In this document: in pieces, positions 51,361 through 62,270 of the stretch
Layout: each line of letters begins with the position of its first letter
How positions within the stretch are numbered: the stretch's first letter is position 1
Assembly: GCF_035084215.1 (NCBI RefSeq)
Contig: NC_090340.1
Location: forward strand, 3,596,001-3,660,000
From: Heptranchias perlo
Lineage: Eukaryota
Direction: 5' to 3'
Length of the DNA stretch: 64,000 bases
Notes under the pieces: model-generated
What the model saw: only the letters and a program-made list of their open reading frames with translations
The model's database searches: none
Told to the model about the DNA's origin: nothing
Program-made: the position numbers and the translations under genes

Positions 51361-51837
51361 AAATCAATAGGGGTTGGAACATACTTAACGAGGGTCAACA
51401 CCAATCATAAGCCGGGCATAGGTTGCCATGTGAGGTTACATTATTTCCGGCCAATCATAAATCGTCCATGAGCTGATCATGCTGCTGTTAGACATCAAAG
51501 GGTATACTTCCTCACCTTCCAACTTGGAATGTTCTTCCCTGTCCCTTATCTCCCAACCTGGAATGTCTTTCAACTTTGGCTAAGCTCGTTACCTATATTG
51601 ATCTGCCATAAACATGGAGACATTCAGACCAGTCCTTGAATCACATCAAAGACTCTACATTGCTAAGACCATGCAAACCTGCTGACTACACAAACATATG
51701 GCCCAGCAGGAGGCCAGGCCACCTGTACCAATCTCAGTTACTAACTGATTAACCCTTTCTATCCATTTTGCATTCTGCTTCTTTGCCACATAGGCATCTT
51801 AATATTTTACCGAAAACTGACCACGTAGGGATTCTCA
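51361..51837 (-). repeat. Truncated 3' LTR of element 2 (U3 only)
   Basis: Matches 56860-57336 with ~4 differences counted by eye; preceded by the PPT at 51841-51850; stops just before the TATA box. Confidence 0.92.
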
Positions 51838-52417
51838 TTTCCCCCCTTTTATCATTTCATGATAACCAATTATTACGGTGCTCACTGGTTCTGCAGGTTC
51901 TGCAGCGCAGCAACATTTAAGTCAGCAATAAACTATAAGAGTTATAACAATGAATATGACTAGCCCTTGAACTAGAGAAGTCCCAATAGAACACAGACAT
52001 GTTTCATCAATACGCCTTTGTACTCTTATCTGTTCTCAGGAACAGACTCCTTCTAAACATCTCTCAAGTAAGTTGCGAATGTCCTTGGTCAGCTAAACCT
52101 ATTCATGTTAATTTGAAAAGGCTAAAATAGTCAAATATCCTATGGTGCTTTATATTTTGTTTCCAGCCTAACTAGACTGAATGGTACCTTTCAGACCATT
52201 TTACACCTGTGAATTGGTGCCCTCCCCATTATATCCCTTAATCCAAATTCTCCCTACAATATCCCGTTAGATGCTGTACCTCATCTTCACCAGGTTCCCT
52301 TCGTGTTGGCCACCAGTCCGGGTGGAAGAGAGGCAGAGCATCTGATAATCCTATCAAACTATAATTGTCTTCCCTTTTACATGCACCTTAACCCAGCAGG
52401 TGCTACTCCCGGTACCA

Positions 52418-53170
52418 TTAAGATGTGTTCTTAGTTGAAACCACAGAGACAATGGGGACATTCTCACCCAGGCTCTGTTTTACTATCTTTGCCAAACCCT
52501 TCATCCTCTACTTACATTTATTACATGCAATGAAAATCAAGAAGCACATTACAACAAACTGCACTACGACTAATACATATGAAATTAATCTAATCCAAGG
52601 ATTGATCTGTATATTTAGTCCCAAATTCCAGAGGTCATTTCACCAGGTGGTGACTTTAATTTGGTCAATGTCATGCTTAATGTTGTTATTGTCCTGTTGT
52701 AGGTTATAATAAACCTTCTGGGAGAGGCGTATCTCCATTCGCAATGCTTTCAAGTATTTAGGCAACAGGGGTGTCAGATACCCAAATGTGTCCTGATATG
52801 CTTTTAAGTCCTTTCTGACATTCTCAGAAACTTGTAAGGTGGTGAGGTTATGCCGGTGTATCTCTACCAGTTCCTCGGGTCCAATCCGAACCAGGACTTC
52901 AGAAATGGAGTAGAATTCTGGACTTAAAATATCACAAGTTAGATTGGCATATTTAAACGTTTTCAAATTAGTTGTAACACAGTATTCGCCCTCTCCGGCA
53001 TATACCACTTAAGTGGGTTTTAGATCCGCCTCTAGGGCCTCCATGGTACAGTTAATATCCCGATTGGTACCGGTATTATTAAACCCACACTGTGCTTCTA
53101 GGCTGTGTCCAACACGATGTAGACATACAGTGACAGCATGTCTAGTAACACATCCCTTTAATTTTGTTCC
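52418..53170 (-). pseudogene. env C-terminal half of element 2
   Basis: Cys-rich GC..VTVC..QCGF..NCTME..GEYCVTT..LTC, heptad YYNLQQDNNNIKHDIDQI, W*NDLW, INPWIRLISYVLVVVQFVVMCFLIFIAC TM; scattered stops. Confidence 0.78.
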
Positions 53171-56100
53171 AGCCAATCATCTTAAATCTACGTCCTCTAG
53201 TTCTTGAACCCTCTGCTAGGGGAAACAGGTACTTCCTGTCTACTTTATCTGGGCCCCTCATAATCTTGTAATTTTGTATCCATCGTGCGGATATCTTCTA
53301 AATATTGTTTCTCCCAATTTTATTGTTAACTAATGGGAACCTAACCCTGAATTTTGGAAATCCAAATTACTTTGTCCCTCTTTACTTTAATTTCAGTCCT
53401 TTTGATTGATACCAGTGTTTCCTGACTGTTTCATTAATTATTTGGTTTCTCTATGGACCATGTGTCAGTGCCTTGTTTAAAAGGATTTCTCACTCGCCTG
53501 GACCACATTAACCATTTTCCTGTTGTGCTGTTGTCAAGTAACTGAGCCTGTCTGAGACTCATTCTTCAATGTATCTTCTTCATGTATCTCCGCATACTAG
53601 CAGCATCTCATAGGAATGAGCTTAGTGTTCTTGGATATTAACTTTCTGCTGGCCAGTCTCTTCTTCCTCATGATATTTCCGAACATTTTCCATGGCACAC
53701 ATCATATGTCCTGTAGGATTCAGTCCTGTAAAAGCAACTGGTTTGTTTAAAGAGTGGTTGCAATAGCTCACCAGGCCATAGGCCTTTGTAATCATGTTCT
53801 TCATCCTGATCTCCGTTTCAGATGATGGCAACATACATTTGTATCTTTTATGTCCACTGTAGCCATTCTTAGGTTTTCAGGTTATCTTATCAAAAATATC
53901 AGGGGTGTCTAGAGTGCTTATCTCCCCCTGAATGGTCCCGATGTCAGGGTAGTGGCCAGGCTTTTGAGTGTAGTTTTCTCATTATTCATTATAGGCAAGG
54001 ACACAAATATCTCCACGAGAAAGCTATCAATTTACTATTCTCAACCACACTTTCCTGACTTCCACTAGATTGTATATTTATGCCAGATTGATTTTTTTAT
54101 CATGCCCAATTCAATGACTTTAGAGAAATTCCCATATCTCCCCACCTCGAGCACTCTGTCTCGGAAGACAACAAATAGGCTAAAACAAAACAAATCAAAA
54201 TGTTTTCAAAAGAAGAGAATCAGGTTGATATCACCACGCTGTGACATTTGGTATCCGCTGATGTCTGCAGCTAAAGTCTTAAATCTTTAACACCACTGGA
54301 TCGTTTCCTGCACCAAATTTCTCCAGCAAAGGTTGCACCGTAACTTTATAATTACTCTTGGTAATCCTGCACCATCAACACTCGCGTGGTCCCAAAAAAA
54401 AACCAGGGTCACCTGTTTTAAAAGAAAGAAAGAAAATCCATTGCGGCTCTTCTTGAGAGCCCAAGTGATTAATTTGTCAAATCTTCATTTATTATTTATT
54501 TATCCAAAGGAATAATCCCTGTACCCGAAACAAATTTAGAAAACAAAACAGGAGAGAGAAATTGCTTAGTTCCACTCTTGCTCTCTCTCTGAAGCACGCA
54601 GCCTGTCTGAAATAAACACTGTCTCTCCCACATACAGATGTACGCAGGGCTGCAGACTGGAATTTCTAACTCCAAGTCCTGATCTCTGTGTTTTCAAGAT
54701 GTAACCACATTAAGCAGATATCATTAGCAGCCGCCTGCTAAGATACGTTATATTCCTCTTTTATTAATTTATTAATGGTTTGGGCATGTGTTTCTAGCAC
54801 TGTAGCTATCCTTTGCAAATATATGGTCAGCATTTGATCCTCAGACAATTCCTTATCTGTATTTTCATTTATCTTTTAATATATCTTTAATGCGAGACCC
54901 TAAATCTCTGACCTTTTGATCTAATGTTGTCAAATCAATGGTGTTAACAACTGAGGCAAAGGCAGTTGCTATATCACTTATCACAGATCTTTACGTCTCC
55001 ATAGTTGCCTATCTCTTTTTACGATGTCCACCTCCATTCCATGTCGCTCTTTGTTTTAACACTTGAGTTAGGATGTGTTGATCTAATTGTTGAGATTTCT
55101 TAGCATTCTCGATGCGAGTTATATAATTTGTCAGGGAAGGTCTCCTCTCTTTGGTCAGATCTTGTATTCTACTATTAATTTCAAATAAAATTGAATAGCC
55201 CCAGAACTTGTCAAAACTTCCTTATCATACTGTGGCAGGGTAAAACTGATTGGTGTTTAGTACCCTGTGTCAGTACATAGCTCAAGTAATGGACTTCCAA
55301 TTGTCTAACCTATGCTTCCTTTTCATATGATTTGTTTTACATTCCTTTCTTATCAATTTTTCACAGTAGCGTGAAAACTTATATCTCAGTCAATTGTAGC
55401 CTTTGGCATTTCCGATTGATTGGGACAACTTTACTAATATAACCTATACCAATTGTTACCTCATGTTCACCTGTGTTCTGGGCAAGCCTCAGACAGTTCT
55501 CAACCGACTGGGTCATTTCTATCTGTTTGAACTGGTCTTGGCATGACAGTCTGGCTTCTTGGGATGGAAGGGGTTAATATTAACTTGCTCTTGTGGTAGG
55601 AGTAACTTGATCCTTCTCCCTTTGAGATTAACTTCCCACCTTCAAAATTTCTCTTCACACAGGTTCGACTGATTTTTTTTAACTTCTCACATTTGTGGAT
55701 TGCTTTATACTATATTTTTGCACACTATTTTTTCACAGACTTTTAGTGGATGTGATTATAATCAACGCTCCGAGCTGTTCCAGCTGTCCGACTGTTCCTA
55801 ACACAATGATCCTGATAGTTTTTTTTAATCTATCCCGTTAATTTTTAACCTCTTTTTAAACCACAGCCAATCACAAAATAAACATTCAAAATGCCAATTT
55901 TTTGAAGATCCCATGTCTGGAATTTAACATGCCCACACTTTATAAGAACCAGAATTTAATAGGTCACTTAAATTCAATAACTCCAATTTTAATTCAGCAG
56001 TATCAGAATTAAACACACGACAAGACAGATACATTACACAAAGGAAGAAAACACGTAAGACACAGTAAGAAGGGGGCGTGGCCCACAACACCGACAAAAA

Positions 56101-56654
56101 AACACTGATCAAGACAGGCTTTTTAAAGGGACAGTACACTTAAACAACAGAACCTTACTTTTTCGGGTCTCTGTCTTTTAAACATTTTTCTAGTCACTTA
56201 ATTCTATCCATATTTTTTTTTACAGTACTGTCTCCATAAAGCAATTACTTCTTTGGCTGTGGTACCTCTGTTATTTTTTCAAATTAATTCCTGAGCCTTT
56301 TTAGCGGCATCTAAGTTTTATCACTAGTTCCTGTTTATATCCAATCACCAGGAACTTAAACCCTGACTACCCTCAGTGATATTAACCACTGACCTACCGC
56401 TTACACGTTATTCCCTCAGTATTATTCGACCACTGACCTCTTCCTGCTATTTCTGTGCATTCGCCAGACTGACCTGAATCTTGTAAGGACGCCACACGAG
56501 TGTTAGCGATTGGACGATTCGTCGTCAGACTGACGGATTGGAGGAAAACCGACGTAGTAAATTAAGACTACTTACATCGGGGCGCCATTTCCTTCCTCTG
56601 TGTCTGAGACAATCCGCCTCTTACTCCGCGAACTCTCGGTGAACGACCGTTAAG

Positions 56655-56672
56655 ATCCCACCGCTGCCACCA
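56655..56672 (-). other. Primer binding site, tRNA-Leu
   Basis: TGGTGGCAGCGGTGGGAT is complementary to the 3' end of vertebrate tRNA-Leu(AAG/UAG) (ATCCCACCGCTGCCACCA). Confidence 0.88.
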
Positions 56673-56674
56673 AA

Positions 56675-57336
56675 TGACGATCCGGTTTCTTTCCCCTCAG
56701 TCTGGTTCAGTAAAAACTGAAGTCGAATACATTTTAAAGTTCAGCACAACTTTAATAGCAGGGTTCTTAGTCTGCAGCATGGATTTGGACTCCTGATAGA
56801 GTCCCTCTATGCTGGCAGAGCAAGAACAAAAACATACAGAAATCCACACGTTTTTATACAAATCAATAGGGGTTGGAACATACTTAACGAGGGTCAACAC
56901 CAATCATAAGCCGGGCATAGGTTGCCATGTGAGGTTACATTATTTCCGGCCAATCATAAATCGTCCATGTGCTGATCATGCTGCTGTTGGACATCAAAGG
57001 GTATACTTCCTCACCTTCCAACTTGGAATGTTCTTCCCTGTCCCTTATCTCCCAACCTGGAATGTCTTTCAACTTTGGCTAAGCTCGTTACCTATATTGA
57101 TCTGCCATAAACATGGAGACATTCAGACCAGTCCTTGAATCACATCAAAGACTCTACATTGCTAAGACCATGCAAACCTGCTGACTACACAAACATATGG
57201 CCCAGCAGGAGGCCAGGCCACCTGTACCAATCTCAGTTACTAACTAATTAACCCTTTCTATCCATTTTGCATTCTGCTTCTATGCCACATAGGCATCTTA
57301 ATATTTTACCGAAAACTGACCACGTAGGGATTCTCA
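56675..57336 (-). repeat. 5' LTR of element 2 (662 bp, TG...CA)
   Basis: TGAGAAT start, CA end, TATAAAA at ~56851-56858, ATTAAA at ~56750; abuts the PBS. Confidence 0.92.
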
Positions 57337-57418
57337 AAGACAGCTCGTGTCTGATTAACATGATTGAATCCTTTGATGAAGTAACAGAGAGGGTCGATGA
57401 AGGTTGTGGAGTAGATAT

Positions 57419-57429
57419 TTTATATATAT

Positions 57430-57465
<36 letters not shown>
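57419..57465. repeat. (TA)n microsatellite inside CR1
   Basis: Directly visible. Confidence 0.9.
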
Positions 57466-57468
<3 letters not shown>

Positions 57469-58599
57469 TTTCTAAAAGCATTTTACAAAGTAGCATATAA
57501 CAGAATTATTCGGAAAACACAAGCACATGAGATTAAAGGGACGTTGGTACATTAGGTACATAATTGTATAAGGGATTAGGGAGCATAGAGTAGTGGTGAA
57601 GTGATGTTTTTCTGACTGGATTGAAGTTTGTAGTGAGGTCCCTCAGGGGTCAATATTAGCACCATTGCTTTTCTTGTTACATATCAAGGACATAAACTTG
57701 GGTATAGGTAGTACAATTTCGAAGCTTTCGGATGATACAAATAGACAGACTGGTGAAATTGGTAGGCATGTGCCAGATGCAATTTAATGCGGATAAGTAT
57801 GAAGTGATGCACATTGGGAGGAGCAACATGGAGAGGCAGTCACACCTAAAGGGTACTATTTTGAGGGGGTACAAAAGCAGAGTGCCCAGGGGGTACATAT
57901 TCACAAATCTTTGAAGGTGACAGGGCAAGTTGATAAGATGGTTAAGGAAGCATATGAAATAATTGGCTTTGTACATAGAAGCATTTAATACAAAAACAAG
58001 AAAGTCATGCTAAATGTTTACAAATCACTAGTTAGGCCACAGCTAGAGTTTTGTGTACAATTCTGGGCATCACACTTCAGGAAAGATGTCAAGGCCTTGG
58101 AGAAGTTATAAAGGAGGTTTACCAGGATGATACCAGGGATGAGAGACTTCAGTTATCAGGAGAGATTAGAGATGGTGGGATTATTCTCCTTAGAACAAAG
58201 AAGGTCAAAGTGAGGTCTAATAGAGGTATTCAAAATTATGAGGGGTTTTGATAGAACAAGTAGTGCAAAACGGTTTCCGCTGGCAAGTTGGTCGGTAACC
58301 AGAGGTCACAGATTTAGAATAATTAACAAAAGAACTAGAGGCGAAATGAGGAGAATTGTTTTTCCCACACAGAGGTTTGCTAAGATCTGGAATGCTGTAC
58401 CGAGAAGAATGGTGGAATGAGATTCCATAGGAATTTTAAAAAATGCAATTGGACATGTACATTTCGAGGACGAATTTGCAGGGTTATTGGGAAAAAGGTG
58501 GGGTATGAGATAAAATTGGACAGCTCTTTCAAAGAACCACACAGGCACGGCTGTCCGATGGCCCCCTTCTGTGCTGCAAGATTCTGAGATTCTATGATT

Positions 58600-59318
58600 C
58601 GAATTCCCTTGCCTAAAACAAAGGTATCAATCACAGTTTTGAAGTTTTCAATTAACCTCGCCTCAACGCCATTTCTACACCATAAACGCTTATACTCAAG
58701 GTACTATAAGCCCAGGCACTGCAACCTGTCCTCATAATTTAACCCTTTAAGCCTTGGTATTATTCTGTTGAACCTGCTCTGCACCGCTTCCAAGGCCAGT
58801 ATATCTTTCTTCAGATGCGGTGACCAGAACTGATCGCAATATTCTAAATGTGGTCTAACTGGAGCTTTATATAACTGGAACATATCTTGCATCCCGTTTG
58901 TGTTCCAGCCCCTTGAGATAAAGGCCAACATTCCATTAGCATTTAAAAATAATTTTTGAATCTGCCTATTAGCATTTAGTGATTTCTGTACACGAACCAA
59001 TAAATCTCTCTGCTTCTCCACAGTTCCTAGCTTCTCACCATTTGGTAAATAGTTTTATCTATTTATCTTTGCTCCAAAGTGGATGAAGTCACAGTTCCTC
59101 ACACTGAACTCCATCTGCCACAGTTTAGCCCAATCACTTTATCAATGACCCTTTGCAACTTTCTACTCCCATCTACCCTATCGACTGCGCCACCTAAAGT
59201 GGTGTCATCAGCGAGCGTGGATATACGGCTCTCTGTTCATTTATCCAAATCAGTAATAAATATAGTGAAAAGCTGAGGTCCAGTACAGATCCCTAGTGAC
59301 ATCACTATTCACATCCCG
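58600..59318 (-). mobile_element. CR1 fragment whose 3' end lies at 49871-49992
   Basis: VRPHLEYC; 3'UTR continues across the inserted block (atcccttaata / cccttgcctaa). Confidence 0.75.
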
Positions 59319-59515
59319 CCAGATAAACTGTTTACTAAGTGATTTAGGTTGAGTGATGAATGTTGGCAGGACACCGAGGAGAATTCCCCTCCTCTTCCTC
59401 GAATAGTACCATGGGATCTATTACGTCTACCTGAGACGGCAGACTTGGTTAAGCGCCTCATCCGAAAGACCGCACCTCCAACAGTGCAGCTTCCCTCAGT
59501 ACTGCACTGAAGTGC
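59319..59515 (-). mobile_element. SINE fragment (Deu/SacSINE1-like); other half at ~49700-49870
   Basis: ggacacc..tcatccgaaaga..acctcc.acagtgcagc.tccctcagtactgcactg; recognised from memory of shark SINEs. Confidence 0.55.
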
Positions 59516-60154
59516 ATCATCACATTAACGACAATAATCTCCTATGTGCTTAAGTAAGAAAACATGGAAATCCTAAATTATTTTAGGAATAGAGCAATAC
59601 AAGGAATACTCCTCATTTTACGTTCATTTATTTATTCCTCTTAATTGTACGATTTTTTGTTCTTATATATTCATGAAGTCGATAAATTTGCGTTTTCACT
59701 GAGTAGTACATATTTAGAAACACGCGCTAATGCATCCGATATCCCAGCTTCGGATCTTCTTTGTATTAGTTTGAATGGAGAGATAATCGGTTGAGCTCAT
59801 GATCGTGTTCAATTTTGTAATATTTAAATTTTCCTATGGATTGAAAGGCTCAAAGTATTTCTTCGTTTTTTTCGGTTTTGTTAATTTGTATTCTGTGTCT
59901 TATGGGGATATTCAGTTCTGATTGCTTATGACACCGCTTTTAGCCGTGGCCAGCCAATGTTTTGCTTTGTCTGGCGCCTAATATGGATGTCATCCTCCAC
60001 CTTCGAAGTTATGCCATTCTGTATCTATTTTTACGATGTTCTTCATTCCTTCCTATTCGCTGTTCTTGCTCTTTAGTTTCAAAGATGCTTTTCGTTTCGG
60101 AGCGTTTCTGGGCGGTTTCCCGGTATATCCGGTGGAATATCAGCGTAAACCCCG

Positions 60155-60995
60155 CAAAAGATTTGGCAGATGGAGTATAATGTGTTAAAATATGAACTTG
60201 TCCACTTTGGCAGGAGTAACAGAAAAGCAGTATATTATTTAGATGGAGGGAGATTTAAATGGAGAGGAACAGAGGGATCTGGGTGTCCTAGTACATGAAT
60301 TACAAAAAGTTAGTATGTAGTTACAGAAGTGATTCGGACGGCAAATGGAATGTTGTCATTTATTGCAAGGGGGATGGAATATAAAAGTCGAGATGTTTTG
60401 CTAAAGTTGTACAGGGCATTGGTGAGGCCACATCTAGAATACTGTGTGCTGTTTTGGTCTCCTTATTTAAGAAAGGACATATTGGTTTGGAGGCGAATCA
60501 GAGAAGGTTCACTCGACTGATTCCTGGAATGAGGGGGTTATCTTATGAGGAAAGGTTGGACAAGTTGGGCCTGTATACACTGGAGTTTAGAAGAATGAGA
60601 GGTGATCTTATTGAAACATATACGATCCTGAGGGGGCTAGAAGTTGTAGATGCTGAAGGGATATTTCCACTTGTGGGATAGACTAGAACTAGGGGTCAGA
60701 GTTGAAAAATAAGGGGTCTCCGATTTAAGACAGAGATGAGGAGAATTGTTTTCTCTCAGAGGGTTGTGACTCTGTGGAACTCCCTTCCACAGAGAACAGT
60801 GAAGGCAGGGTCATTGAACATGCTTAAGGCTGAGTTAGATAGATTTCTGATTAACAAGGGAGTCAAAGGTTATAGTCGGTAGACGGGAAAGTAGTGTTGA
60901 GATCACAATCAGATCAGCCATGATCTTATCAAATGGCAGAGGAGGCTCGAGCAGCCGAGTGGCCTACTCCTGCTCTTAATTCATATGTTCGTATG
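60155..60995 (+). mobile_element. CR1 3' fragment
   Basis: LYRALVRPHLEYC, RRMRGDLIETY. Confidence 0.85.
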
Positions 60996-61811
60996 TAAAA
61001 ACGGTGTAAATGCTGTACGCCCCCAGGCTCTACTTTGATCTTCCGTCGAATTTATTGCAAAAAGCCTGAAGAGGCGGCTCAAAGTGCTGTTTGCAGAAAT
61101 AATTCATTGTTTACTTGAATCTTCGGCTGACAGTTGGGAGAACCCCCGGGAAAATTTACCCTTTTTCATCTCACTGTCTCTTTTATTCTGATTGTTGCAT
61201 TGTTTGCCTGATATTCCTTCTGCTCGTGTAATAAATTTTCTTCAATTATCACATATCGGGAATCGTATTCAAATATTCTTTCATACTTTCTCAGCTTTAG
61301 TCTATCTCAGAGTAGAAATCTACTGATAACCAACTCAGGAAAGGTCCAATCTCGGCGGTGAGGCAAAATAATTTCAAACGAGTTACTATGAGCATACACG
61401 AGACCGCCACGGGGATTTATGAATCAGAAGGAGGGATTGATTATGTTCAGATTATCAATGGTATGTTTGGTCGAGGCATGTTAAAGTCGTGGTGTCGTTG
61501 ACATGTGTGCCTGAATGTGGTTTCATGCTGACGCATTGTAGAAAAAACTGCACTCCTATCTAATAATTGGTTTCGATGTTAACTATATTGCAGACCTGCA
61601 AATTACTAACTCTAGCAGCTGGACCAAAGGAATTCTTCATGAAAGATATGTAAGAATACAGGAACAAATGTTTTAATAAGGGATCTATTATTTTTGTACT
61701 ACCAAGTTAAGATTCCGATTTGGACCTAGTTAAAAGCTATCGAGGCACAATGACCAAATGGCATATATTTCACAGATCTCTTTGAATAATTAACGCACCA
61801 GTTACAAGAAA

Positions 61812-61812
<1 letters not shown>

Positions 61813-61845
<33 letters not shown>

Positions 61846-62270
61846 CGCCTTTAACGTAGATTAACGTCCGAAGGCGGTTCACAGAAACATGGTCAACACA
61901 TAGAAGTGACATCCAGCCAAAGTAATGGGGATCTTAGGAGATGTGAATAAAAGCTTGGTCAAAGAGGGGATTTGAAGGAGGGTTTTAAAGGACGAGTAAG
62001 TTCGAGGGGTTGAGAGTTGTTTGGAGGGAATTGCTGAGCTTAGGGGCTAGACAGCTGAAGACAATGCCGCCAACACTGGGGCCAAGGGATTAGGGATACG
62101 TAAGAGCCGACGGTTGGAGGAACGCAGAGTTCAGGGAGGGTTGTAGGGCTGACGGGGGTTGCGGGTCTGGAGAGGGGCAAAGCCAATAATGGATTAAAAC
62201 ACGAGGAAGGTAATTTTAAATGGAAGTGTGGCGGTGGGGGGTGGGGGGGAGAGACCGGGATACAAATTGG
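61813..62270 (-). mobile_element. L2-like 3' end with (TA)n
   Basis: (TA)n followed by tatagcgcctttaacgtag.. and a G-rich antisense L2 body. Confidence 0.55.

Larger units (their letters stand above)
51361..57336 (-). mobile_element. Endogenous retrovirus-like element 2, non-autonomous
   Basis: Two LTRs, tRNA-Leu PBS, PPT AAAAGGGGGG, decayed env; no recognisable pol. Confidence 0.9.
49995..58598 (+). mobile_element. CR1 fragment interrupted by a short CR1 (50778-51117, -) and by element 2
   Basis: ORF2 collinear across the inserts: SLDMA/VVPDDW..QHGFVKDSSCL / ESFDEVTERVDEG. Confidence 0.8.
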
